The position numbers and the translations under genes were made by a program. This document shows, piece by piece, positions 23,213-35,377 of a DNA stretch of 64,000 nucleotides. Position 1 is the stretch's first letter, and each line of letters opens with the position of its first letter. A model generated the notes under the pieces. The model ran no database searches. It worked only from the letters and a program-made list of their open reading frames with translations, and was not told the DNA's origin. This stretch comes from Rebecca billardiae RCC1528 (lineage: Eukaryota > Protista > Haptophyta): NCBI GenBank assembly GCA_965240325.2, contig OZ251243.1:558001-622000 (forward strand), given 5' to 3'.

Positions 23213-24430
23213 TAACGACACAGGTAGGACGATAACGCGGGTCTCCTGATTCGTCCGGGCGGCAGTGCCCGATGCCTTGTCGACACGAAGTCGGCGCTGG
23301 TGGCAGAGCATAGCCTGCACCGCGATCGTAAAGCTTGAGCGCGGCCTTGAGCTGCTGAACTTGAAGCGCGATCCACCTGCGCTGCGCGGCTCGCATGGAT
23401 TGCGCTGGTTTTTCGGCGGCGCTCGGAAGTCGGAAAAGATCGAAGAAAGAAGACGAATATAAACTGTGCCCTGGCGGGCGGGGGGGTCGGCGGGCCGTGC
23501 CAGTGCTGTCGCAATGTATCCTCTGCGGGTTCGCGTCTTTCCACATTCGCTTGTGGCCGTGGGTGACGGACAGTCGAGTGCAAGGACCAGTGACACGTGA
23601 AGTTGGCTCCCCGACGTGTACACGTCTCAGTCTGTCACTCTTATGCGCATCAGCGAGGCCCCACACCCACGAGGGAATGTGCAGCACGCGGGGCGGGACG
23701 GGTAGCCCGTTGCTCCGCGCGAGCGCGGGTACGCGCTGTATGTGCCGCATCTCGACCGCGATGGCGTAATCGAGCGCCTCGCCGCCGCCGAAGCCGCCAG
23801 AGTAGATCATGTGCATGTCCTCCTGCCGCCAGCCGAGAGCGGTCGTCGCGAGGATGCTTGCCGATGTCCGCTCCAGGCACGATGGGCTCGGCGCAGGTCG
23901 CGTTGACGTCGTACACGGCCGCCACGCTGAGCACGAGCGCGTTGACGTTCACGCGGTCGTCGCTCTTCGCATCTTTCGACAGGTCTGGCGCCTGCGTGCT
24001 CGGGGGCACGAGGAGCTGTTGGTTGTGCGCGCGCGCGCGCCACAGCGACAGCGTGTGCCACTCGCGATCGAGAGTAGACAAGCGCTGCTCACGCGGGCAC
24101 ACGAATCGCAGCGCATCAGTCACCGGCGTGACGACTTCCGCCTCGTCCCGCAGCGCCTGCGCCATGGACGAGGATGACGCGGCGATGTTGCATGCTCGAC
24201 GTTTCATCTCTCTGCGGATGGCATCACGGGCTTGTCTGTGTCGCGCTGCGGCGAGGGTCGCCAACTCGCGATGACGCGGTTGCTGCCACGGCGACAGACC
24301 CGGGAGGTGCGTCGGTTGCTGCCACGGCGACAGACCCGGGAGGTGCGTCCGATATGTTTTGCGCCCGCATGCATGCACCGCGGCGCGCGCTCGCTCGGTC
24401 GGGAGCGACGCAAGCTCGGACCTTGCCAAC
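23213..24430 (-). pseudogene. Unclassified dispersed element, copy B, with a frameshifted homolog of ORF 29147-30250
   Basis: Shared terminal DNA motif at 23213-23300; peptides APDLSKDAK, EPIVPGADIGKH, IYSGG and HIPSWVWG match AADLATQAK, EQIVPDINKY, IYSGG and RVPHNLWG; frameshift near 23855; 36-bp tandem duplication at 24277-24348. Confidence 0.65.
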
Positions 24431-24493
24431 TGACGTTACGGCTTGCAGCGCGTCCGCGGCGGCCATCGTGGAGTGTCGTTGGGCCTTGGCGCC

Positions 24494-27400
24494 ATGGCGA
24501 TGGAAGTGCGCCGCGTGATCACGGACGCGCACGACGCGTCCATCCTGTGCGTCACCTTCAACCCGCACCGCCGCGAGCTCATCACAGGCGCGCAGGATGG
24601 CCACATCAAGGTTGGCGCGCGAGAGCGCGCAGCGCGCGCACGTGTGTGCGCGGGACGCGAGCGCACCCGCCGACGCGGCGCGCGCGCCTCGGCGGGCGCC
24701 TGCGCGCGGCGGCGCGCGCAGATGTGGGACAATGACACCGGCAAACACACGCGCACGCTCGTCGACGGCCACCTCGGCTGGGTCACGGGGCTCGCGTACG
24801 GGTCGGCGCAGCGCATGCTCTTCAGCTGCTCGATCGACTCTCAGCTCATCGTGTGGGACACGCGGAACAAGGGCGAGTGGTTCCAGAAGGTGAAGACGGG
24901 CGGGCAGGCGCACTGCGTCGCGTGGGACAACCGCCGCCAGCTCGTGCTCGTCGGCGGCGACTCCGTCATCCGCATGTTCGCCGTGCTAGCCGATAACGCG
25001 ATCGATCCGTCGCGCCGGCCCGAGCGTCCGATCCTCAAGCTGGCGGCGACGGTGAAGAACGCGCACGAGGGGCTGGTGCGCGGGATCTCGGTGAACGAGT
25101 CGGGCCGCGTCTTCTCCGCTGGGTACGACGCCACGCTCACGATGTACGACATCGTCGACGCGCCGCAAGCGCGCGCGCGCACGGTGGACCGCGCGGACGG
25201 CGCCGCAACTGACCTGGAGCTCGCCTCTGGCGGCACGGCGGCGGCCAAGGCGGCGGCGGCGAAGGGGGCGGCGGCGAAGGGGGCGGGTGGCGCCGGCGCG
25301 ATCTCGAAGCTCGCGCTGCCCTCCGCCGCCGGGCCCAAGCCAACCGCCCCGCCGGCCGGCTCGGACGAGCGCATGCCCATCCTCGAGCAGCGCGGCGGCG
25401 CGCTCCGAGGCCACTCGGGGGCGATCTCTGCACTTGCGTTCGACGGCGAGAACAGCCTGACGATCACGGGGTCGTTCGACAAGCAGGTGAAGATCTGGTC
25501 GCCCGAGGGCAAGCTGCTCCAGACCTTCGGCCCGCTCGTCGACACGCTCACCGGCGTGTGCTACGTCCCCGCCAACAAGTCGGTCTGGGTCGCGACCAAC
25601 TCGATCACACCGGTCGTCTTCGACGCTCGCACCGGGACCAACATCACGGGCTTTGTGCAGCCGCCGACGGTGCGCTCGATCGTGCGCGGCGTGCGCGCGT
25701 CGGGGAACGTGCCCGCCGGGACCGCCGACGACGAGGCCGCCGCGCTCGACGAGCGCGGCGGCACGCGCGGCCCGGCCATCCCCGCCGAGCGGCTGCTCCG
25801 CCTCTTCTCGAACCCACTGACGAATGAGGTGGTCGGCGCCACCTCGACGCGCGACCTGGTGATCTGGCGCTTCAACCCGCACGGCGCGGCGTCGGTGCTG
25901 TCCGGGCACTCGGACTGGGTGGAGACGGTGTGCTTCACGCACAAGCCCGAGCTGGAGGTCGCGGCCGAGCCGCTCGTCGTCCTCTTCTCCGCGGGCTCGG
26001 ACGGCACGGTCCGGCAGTGGGAGCCCACCTCCAGGCTGAATGCGTACCTGTACACTGAGGCGGGCAGCTCGGTCGGACACGACGGGCCTATCCTGTGCGG
26101 CGCGTTCTGCGAAGCGGCGAACGCGTACGTGAGCGGCTCTGACGACTGCACGATACGCGTGTGGTACCAGCCGACCACCGCGCAGGCCGCCGCCGCCGCG
26201 CGCGCCGCGCACGGCTTCGGGGTGGAGGAGGAGGCGGAGGCGGCGGCTGCGACGTCCGCAACGGCCGCCGCGACCGTGCCGGCGCGCGCGCCGGCCGCGC
26301 ACGCGCCCGCGGCCGGCGCGCCGGGCAGCGCGGCGGAGGCCGACGCGCCGGCGAGCGACGAGGCCGGCGCGCCAGCCCCCGCCACCGATCCGCTCGACGG
26401 CGCGTCCTTCGGCCCGGCCCACGCCGCCGGCGGCGCCGCCTCCGCCTTCGTCCCGCCGGGCACCGCAGGCTCGACCGTGACGACCACCACACTCGCGGGG
26501 CTGTCTCTGGTCGCCCTTGGCCTTGACGACCACGCGCCCGCGGCCGCGCCGTCGGCGGATGAGCTGCTCGCCGCGGCGGAGCTCGCGGGCGCCGCCGCCG
26601 CCGCCGAGTATGTCGAGGCCACCGTCTGCGTGCTCGAGGGCCACGAGGAGCGCGTGACCGGCCTCGTGATCCTCGGCGTGCCGAGCCCGGCCGGCACGAT
26701 CGTGTCGTGCTCGTGGGACCTGACTGTGCGCTGGTGGCAGCTGATGCCTGGGAGCGCGGTCGGGTACGAAGAAGTGCACACGATCGAGAACGCGCATGAT
26801 GACCACATCCACGGCATCGCGTACGCGCCGAGCACGCACCAGGTCGCCACCTGCTCGGCGGACCAGGGCGTCAAGATCTGGGACGCCTCTCGGTACAGCC
26901 TCGTCGCGACGCTCTCCGGCCATCTCTCCGACGTGACGGAAGTCTCGTGGAACCCCGTGTTCGGCGTCTGGATGACGGGCTCGGACGACCAGACCATTCG
27001 CGTGTGGACGACGCTCGGGCAGGAGCTGCGCGCGATCGACGCGCGCGACGCGGTCTCCGCCCTCGCCACCGACCTGAACCACGGGTACCTGCTGGCCGCG
27101 TGCAACGAGCGCCAGTGCGGGCTGCGCGTGTACGACCTGGGCCTCGAGCTGAGCTCGACCGCTGTCTCGGCCGGCGCGGGCGTGGCCGGCAGCGGGGAAC
27201 GCGGCGCCGAGGGGCCGGGTGGGGCGGAGCCGAGCGCGGCGGCGGCGGCGGCGAGCAGCGGCGCCGCCGCGCCCGCGCGCCGCGCCTCGGCCGGCGGCGC
27301 GCTGCTCCGCAGCCGCGGCTCGCACGCCGAGCTGCTCGGCGTGGGCGTGCGCACGGTCGGCGAGTATTTCCTCCTGCAGACGCACTACGGGCACACCGAC

Positions 27401-28104
27401 TGCATCCGAGACATCGTACACGTGGCCGAGAAGGGGCACTATGTGACCGCGTCGTGGGACCACACGCTGCGCACGTGGCGGCAGGCGGGCGGCAAGCGGC
27501 GCGGCAGCGGCGCGCCGCCGGCCGCGCGCGGCGCGGCGCACGGCGCCGCCGCGCGCCGCGCCGCGCTCTCGTCCACAGTCGGCAGCCGGCCGACCACCGG
27601 CGCCGACGGCGCGGACGAGGAGGTGACGATGACGTACGCAGACAAGCACCCGCTGCAGAAGCCGAAGGCCCTGCAGAAGGACCTCTCGCAGCTCGGCGTG
27701 GGCACGCGGCAAGAAGGTGGCCAAGCGGTGAGCGCGCTCGGCGCGCGCCCCCTCCTCGCCATCCCCCGCGCGCGGTGCTCACGCGCAGCCTCGCGCACTC
27801 TCTCTCTCGCGCGCGCGCGCGCGCGCAGGCGCGCGGGCGGCGGCAGCGCAAGCCGGTGGATGAGCTGCTCAGCAAGTCCGCCGGGCAGACGGGGATGGCC
27901 CTGCGGCTGAACGATCTGCTCACGGACAAGCAGACGCAGCTCGACACTCAGATGTTCCGCGCGCTCTCGCAGATGCCGCCTAGCACCAAGCGAAATGTGT
28001 CTGGCACCACCGGCGGCGCCGCGCCGCGCAAAGCTGAGACGCTCGCGCCGAAGCGCGGGAATGTGCGGCGGAGCTTCACGGCGCAGCCGTCGGGCCATCC
28101 TTGA
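24494..28104 (+). CDS. Large WD40-repeat protein; exons 24494-24610, 24722-27727, 27829-28104
   Basis: More than 12 GH..WD-type repeats; in-frame intron 24611-24721 (joins HIK|MWD) and phase-0 intron 27728-27828. Confidence 0.88.
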
Positions 28105-29146
28105 TGTTGAACTAGTGATGCCTGATGGCGCGGCACTCACTAGTCACTGCTGCGTCTGCGCCGTCTCGTCCGCCGCTGCCCCGTCATAACTTACATATGA
28201 GTCTCAGTCACTCACTACAACTTGAACGCTATACTGAGTATACAGTATGAGTATACAGACACAGTCACTCACTCACTCACTCACTCACTCACAGTCAGTC
28301 ACAGTCACACACAGACAAGCCTCACACTCACACTGGCTGTCAGTCACAATTCACCGAGCCGGAAGGAACCGTGTCTCAATTTCAAACTCTCAATCAATAA
28401 ACGACTGTTTGATCAACCAGCCACCGCGTACCGCGAACCGCTCTGATTCTTCGGTTCACTGCGGCCCGAATAAGTATTATAATTAATATTATAAGTAAGA
28501 CTCGGACGGACTGAGCCAGCCGCGGCGAGATCGATGAGTCGGCCATGTCTTCCAGCGCCTCGCGTTCGCGAGGCGTGCCCGAAACAGCTACACACTCACC
28601 GGTGCCCTGGGGCACCGGCGCAACCCGCATCCAACACTCCGCATATCGCAGACACGACATATCCACCCGCGCTTGCACACGCACGCCCCCCCCCCGCCTG
28701 CTTGCTGACCATGAAAGGACTGGCCCCGGGTGCGGACGCCAAGCGCATGCTCATCCCGACACGACGGCGAACACCTGCGGTGTGCCTGTGCGGAGGCACT
28801 GGGGAGCGACACGCGGAGTGTGGGCCGCCCTCCTTCCTGAGCAGCGCCCGGCCCTCAGGTGGAGACCGCGCCCGTCCCGGCCTCCCCGCGGCGGCCGCGA
28901 GCCCCCCCCCCCCCCCTTTTCCCCATCCTGCCCGTTTCGCGACAAACCCCTCTCCCCCCGAAACGCACGACGGGCCGCCGTGGTCCGGGGGACCGGCGGG
29001 GCCACTCCGGACCTGGGTTTTGAAATTTGATTTCAACCCCGCGCGCCGAAATGCCTTTGGCACCAGCACCGACCTCGCTCGCACCGCAGTGCTTCCGCAC
29101 CCGCCCCCCGGCCCTCCGCAGCCCCGCGCCCGCCACACCGGCCACC

Positions 29147-30250
29147 ATGCCCCCTTACCAGCACGGCTTTTTCCGCGACCGTCTCAACAGCAGGAGCGCC
29201 TTGAGCTTCTTCCCCTCTTCCAACAACTTCGAGCGCGGGCTGCAGGTGGAACGGCCGAGCACCCCCACCGCCAGGCGGGATGCGGGCCAGCAGATGTGCA
29301 CGACGATGATCAAGCTGAGCGCGCGCTGCCTGAGCGACGTGGCGCCCAACTCGCAAGGCGGGCGACTGCTCTCAGGACTCACCCAGGACCCCAAAGGCAA
29401 TAAGCACGTTTTCTCCTTCACCGGCTCGGTGCTCGAGAACATGACCATCTGCCGCCGCCTGGCCACCAGCCTGTGCATGCCGAACATTCTCACGGCGTGC
29501 ACCACGGAGCTCACGCAGGAGATGCTCGCGCTGTCGGCGGCCGACCTCGCAACCCAGGCGAAGGACGTGTCCCTCACGCTCCCGGTTAGCCCCACGATGA
29601 CGCTCGTGCAGTTTCACAGGGCCCTCTACGAGCAGATCGTGCCCGACATCAACAAGTACGTGACCAACGGTGAGCACGTCGAGACCAACATCTACTCCGG
29701 CGGTGTGAACCTGATCTTCCTCCGCCTGCGTTTCATGCCCATCGACCCCGAGCACCCCATCTTCTTCGCGCCGCTCAAGCCGAGCCGCCGCATCGCCGGC
29801 GCCGCCCGCGTCCCACACAACCTGTGGGGCGTGCCGCCCGCGCCGCCTGTGCCGCCCGCGCCGCCCGCCGCTGCGCGCCGCCCTGCTCCTCAGCCGGCCG
29901 ACCAACAGGCGGCGGACCCCGCCGGCCCGGAGGCGGAGGAGCCCGAGGGGGAGGGTTCGGACGATGCCATCCCGCCACCCCAGCCACCAACCGCGGCCGC
30001 GCCGTCGGACGGGCCCGAGGTGCAACAGGCCAGGCCGGCGCTCGGGGAGTCCAACTACCGCCTGGTCCTGCCCCCCGGCGCCGCGGCAGCCGGCAAGCGC
30101 GCGGCGACCGAGCCGTCCACGCCGGCGGAGGAGGATGGGCCCTCCTCCGCTGGCGGGAGCGACGCCAAGCCGGCCAAGCAGGCTCGCACCGCGTCCCTCG
30201 GCGACCCCCCCCGTGACCTGGCTGCCGCCGCGCCGCAGTCGCTGGCGTAG
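29147..30250 (+). CDS. Uncharacterised intronless protein inside element copy C (alternative ATG at 29051)
   Basis: GCCACCATG start; strong C/G third-position bias; ~230-aa globular region followed by a Pro/acidic tail; degraded paralog at 23.6-24.3 kb. Confidence 0.8.
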   Translation: MPPYQHGFFRDRLNSRSALSFFPSSNNFERGLQVERPSTPTARRDAGQQMCTTMIKLSARCLSDVAPNSQGGRLLSGLTQDPKGNKHVFSFTGSVLENMTICRRLATSLCMPNILTACTTELTQEMLALSAADLATQAKDVSLTLPVSPTMTLVQFHRALYEQIVPDINKYVTNGEHVETNIYSGGVNLIFLRLRFMPIDPEHPIFFAPLKPSRRIAGAARVPHNLWGVPPAPPVPPAPPAAARRPAPQPADQQAADPAGPEAEEPEGEGSDDAIPPPQPPTAAAPSDGPEVQQARPALGESNYRLVLPPGAAAAGKRAATEPSTPAEEDGPSSAGGSDAKPAKQARTASLGDPPRDLAAAAPQSLA

Positions 30251-30309
30251 AGCCGCGCGCGGCGCTGGCGCGCCAGACGCGCCCGGTTGGGCAGCGCAGG
30301 CACCCTCAG

Positions 30310-30430
30310 CGGCCAGGACGACGACTTCCTCAACGGCAAGGGCGACGACTTCCTCTGCGGCCAGGGCGACGACTTCCTCAACGGCAAGGACGACGACTTC
30401 CTCAACGGCAAGGGCGACTACTCCCTCAAC
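30310..30430 (+). repeat. 24-bp minisatellite x~5 (CGGCmAGGrCGACGACTTCCTCAA)
   Basis: Direct reading; encodes G(K/Q)(G/D)DDFLN in the same frame as the upstream ORF. Confidence 0.95.
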
Positions 30431-31130
30431 TCGGCAAGGCCACTAGGCCGCGCACACCGGCCCGGGCGACCACATCCACTACCTGCACTACGGCATCAAC
30501 TTGAACAGCCTCGGACGACGACGACACGGGCAACTACATGATGACCAAGGCCGACGACGACTGCAAAACAGCGGCATCCCCGGGCGCCTACTACCTCAGT
30601 GACCGTGTGATCAGCATCGGTTACGACGACTCCCTCACCCGCGGCCAACGCGCTCCGACATCCTCCATTAACTCCATTCAGTACTTCGACAGACGAATCA
30701 GGAGAGCTGCGCCCTCGTGCCTGTGTCTTTAAATCATAGAATTAGTCACGGACCGCGTGTCGGTCCGGAGCTAAGTCAACCTTATTCAGGGTCGAAGGCG
30801 GGGCCCAGCTGAACGCCAGCTGAACGCGTGACTCCAGGGTCTGAGATCGGGCGAGCCCTCCACAAGGCCGCTCCGACCGGTAGTCCGTACCCACAGCAGT
30901 CCCGCGACCGCGGCGCCGCCACGCCGACGCGGGGCGCGGGCGCGCGGTCCGGGCCGCGCGCAGGCCGCACTCGCCGCTCCGATGAGCAGAGCAAAAGGGC
31001 GTAGATATACGCCAGAGAGGTTTTGCCAGAATGGCAGCGAGCGGGACAACTCCACCGGGGAGCGCCCCGCCCGCAGGATGTCGCGTGCCCTCCCAGGGTC
31101 ACTGGTCATCGGGCACAGCCGACCGAGCGC

Positions 31131-31852
<722 letters not shown>

Positions 31853-33927
31853 TCATCATCCGGATTTCATCGTCGTCCGACTGCCGCCTCGCGCCAACGC
31901 GCGCTACAATAATGGCGGTGACGACTGTAGTCGGCAGACTTGGCAATGATGAAGGTTTTGAGTGAGTGAGAGTGCGTGCCGACTCCGGCTGCGGCAGGGC
32001 CGTCATGAGTGAGTGCGTGCAGAGTCCGGCTGCGCGGGGCCTGCGAACGAGTGAGTGCGTGCGGGGCCGGCTCCGCCGGCCAGTGAGTGCATGCACTCGA
32101 GTGCCAGGCGGTGGGACACCTCCACGCGGCGGCGCGCGCACGCGTCATCGCTATGACGGTGCGTCGGGCTTGCGCTCGGCAATGAATTGATGGGCAATGG
32201 CTACGAGGGGGGCAGGGGAACGCCTGCGCCGAGCGCTATCTTGGTGTTTCTTGCTGACAGATCCGCTGCCGTTCTGTCGCTGGCGCCAGCCCGTTGCATG
32301 CCACGTCGTGAAAGTGTAGTCGATGAGCGAGCGCGCGGCGCCTGCAGCGGCGCCACTCGCTGATCGCTCCCCGAGCTCGGTGAGTAACGCTCCTCACCGA
32401 GGTCAGTGAGGAATGCACGGGCCTCGCCGAGCCCACGCATGCAAGGAAGAAGCGAATCGAGGCCGAGCTGGAGTTCCGCATCGAGTGAGGTTAGGCCGGC
32501 TACAGTATCCGTGACTGACTGACCGGCAGGTGAGACCGGTGAGTGAGTGAAGCAGACCGGCTGACGACGACCAGGATGATGGCGAAGCTATGCCAGCGAT
32601 GGCGGGGATGATGCGTGCTGTAATATGCTGAGAGCAGCACCGTAGCTGTGTAGATTCATTGCCACGCGCAGCGTGTCACAGGCACAGCTTAGCTCCGGAG
32701 GGTCCCAATGATGCTCCGCAATCCGGGCTAGATGGCGCTGCCCGCCGCCTGCCCCGTGCCCGGGGCATCCGGCTGGCGCGCGCGCCGCAGCGCGCGCGGC
32801 ACACGCCGCGGCCGCAGGCGGCGCCGCACTCACAATCCACACTCCCTGGAGTGAGTGCGTCAGCGTGCGACAGGATCAGGACTCGTGGGGTGGCAGGACC
32901 GGCACTTAGTGGCAGCCACCAACTACCATTTACCAAGCGAGGGCGTGCAGTCTGCAGAGTGACTCGTGGGTCGTGAGACTGAGAGACAGAGAGTACGGCT
33001 CGGCCTCGGGCACCGCCGTCGGCGTCGCCCGTCAGTTGCGGGTGCGGCCGGCGCGGGCCCGGGGCCGCCGGCGGCAGGGCCTGGCCCTGGCCCCGGGCCG
33101 CCCGGGGCGGGGGCCGGGCCCGGGGCCGCCCGGTCAAGTGCTGATGACTGTTAACTATAGGTCTAGTCCGTCCAGTGAGTCGTGCGTGAGAGTAGTCCCG
33201 CCGGGAGGCGGGAGCGAGTGCGGCCTTACGCACTCGAGAGTAACCTAGCTGTCCTCTCCGGACTCTCCGGTCTCCCGGTCTGCGAGTCTCCGCCGTAATT
33301 TATTATTCGGGACGACTGGGTCATTCTCCTTATAGATCGAACTAGAAGGATCTCGGCGCTCACGGGCTGACTCACGGCTCAGAGTGTCTCAGACCGACAG
33401 ACGGCTCTGTCGGCTGAACGGTGAACCCGTCTCCCCGGCTCGCTCGGCCCCGATGGCGGCGGCCAGCGGCGCCCTGCGCCGGCCAAGTTCATTGTCGCGT
33501 CATCACGCCGTCAGCAGCGTCGGCGTCGGCATCGGCATCGTCCGGCGGGCCGCGGAGTTATGAGACGCTGGCCACTAGCAGACAACTGTAGGCGCTCAGC
33601 GCCCAGCGGCCTGAGGACCGTCCGCGACGCGGGTGGCGGGGGTCCGCAGGCGAAGAGTGGACGCGACTTGCGCGTGCACGGGGCGCCGCGTTGGCCGGGG
33701 TGCGTGGGGCCGCCCAGGGCTCTGCAGTGTGGCGCAGTCCTCGACGCGTCCGGCCGGTCCCATACGGCAGCCAGCAGCCGCAGCCGCAGGCACCGAGCCC
33801 CGCGGACCGACTCAGGCGATCTGCGAGCATGAGCGCGGCCAGGCAGACACGGCGAGCAGGGCAGGCGGCCGTCATCGAGCGCCGCGCCGGGCGCGCGCAC
33901 GCGCGGCACGACGATCGGCGCGCACCA

Positions 33928-35143
33928 TCACCGGAACTCGTCGTACATCTCGCCGACGCAGCCGGGCCAGTCGCTGCGCACGCCGCGCTCCAGCTGGCGC
34001 GTCGGCGGCGCCTCCACGCGGAACATGGAGCACAGCCGCCGCTTGACGAGGTTCCAGTACGCGACGCGCTCGCCCTCGGAGCGGAACTTGAGGACGAACT
34101 CGCGCGCCACCGCGTCGTCGACCTCCTCGATGCACGTCGAGCGGTCCGAGCGCTCCGGCCGCAGCACCGACCAGCGGAACGTCTCGTAGTTGTCCGCAGT
34201 GATCGAGTGCCACTTCACGTAGTGCCAGCGCAGGTGCAGCGGCGCCGCCTGCATGTTGTGTGCGCACCACCAGTTGTACAGCTCCATCGTCATGCGCGCG
34301 TCGCCGCACGCGTCGTGCGCGGCGCCCTGCCGCCCGAAGATCTCGCGGTACGCCTCGGACAGCTGGCACTTGTTCCCCTGGGTCGTCTTGAAGTGCTCGG
34401 ACAGGTCGACGATCTGGTCGGGGCCGGCCGAGTCCAGAAGCTCCTCGAGCTTGAGACCGCGCAGGTCGCCCTCGATCTGCCAGCCGACGAGCACGTGGCC
34501 GTCGTCGATGAACTCGCGGACGAGGGCGCACGCGATGTCCACGCGGATCCCGATTGACCAGTCCGGCTCGAGGTTGCCCACCGTCCGCGCGAACGAGTCA
34601 TCCCACACCTGGCAGCGCGGTGGCTGCTTGACCCTCGCGTACAAGATAGTCTCTAGCATCTCGGAGACGATGCCAACGGAGACGGTGACGTTGAACGCGC
34701 GCGCGTCGGGGCCCTTACCCTGGCGCACTTGGATGAACTCGCAGTCCACGGCGTACGCGCGCACGTGCGAGCCCGGCTCGGCCGCGATCGCGAGCGACGA
34801 CATGGGCGCGCCGAGCTGCGACGGCAGAGGGCCGCCGAGCGCTGCGCCCGCGCCGCCAATGTGCTCGATGGGGCTGCCCGACGAGTTGATGAAGCCGGGC
34901 TCGTAGCCTGGCTCGTAGCCCGGGTCATACCCCGCGTCGTCGCGCGGCATGTCATCCACGTCGTGGCTCCATGGGCACGTCGCGCCATTGCGGCAGATGC
35001 CTGCGGCCACGCCACACCGCGCGCGCCCGCGCGCGCGCGCGCACCGCCGACCGCTCGGCGCAGGAGCGCGGTCGCGCGCAGCGAGCGCCCGCGCGCCGTG
35101 CTCGCGCACCCTGCTGGTAGTACTTGCACGGGCCACGGCTCAT
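33928..35143 (-). CDS. CCCH zinc finger plus DEDDh 3'-5' exonuclease (REX4/REX1-like); exons 35143-35110, 35000-33928
   Basis: Splicing builds CKYYQQGICRNGATCPWSH; AVDCEF, LVGW.IEGDL and AHDACGDARMTMELY motifs. Confidence 0.88.
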
Positions 35144-35377
35144 GCTGCCCGGGTCCGTCCGCCCTCGCGCCGGCGCCAGAGCGTGTCGCGCCGCCAATCC
35201 GCCTCGTCCAGGGCTGGCGCTGGGGGTCCGGTCGTGAGCACCTTCAACCTCGGTCGGGAGGGCACCGGACCCAGCCCTGAGCGAGCGGGGCTCGGTCTCG
35301 CGCGGCTGCGCGCGCCGCCCGCGCGGTCGCGCTCGAGAGGCGACGGTGCGAACTCGGGTCGAACGACTGCTCGAACC

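Larger units (their letters stand above)
28475..30747 (+). mobile_element. Unclassified dispersed element, copy C (longest, coding)
   Basis: Shares the AT-rich left end and internal patches with 60811-61229, and the 3' motif with copies A, B and D; boundaries approximate. Confidence 0.65.

Noticed and set aside
30310-30430. 24-bp repeats as a CRISPR-like array
   Set aside because: Units are directly adjacent with no unique spacers, and the context is eukaryotic
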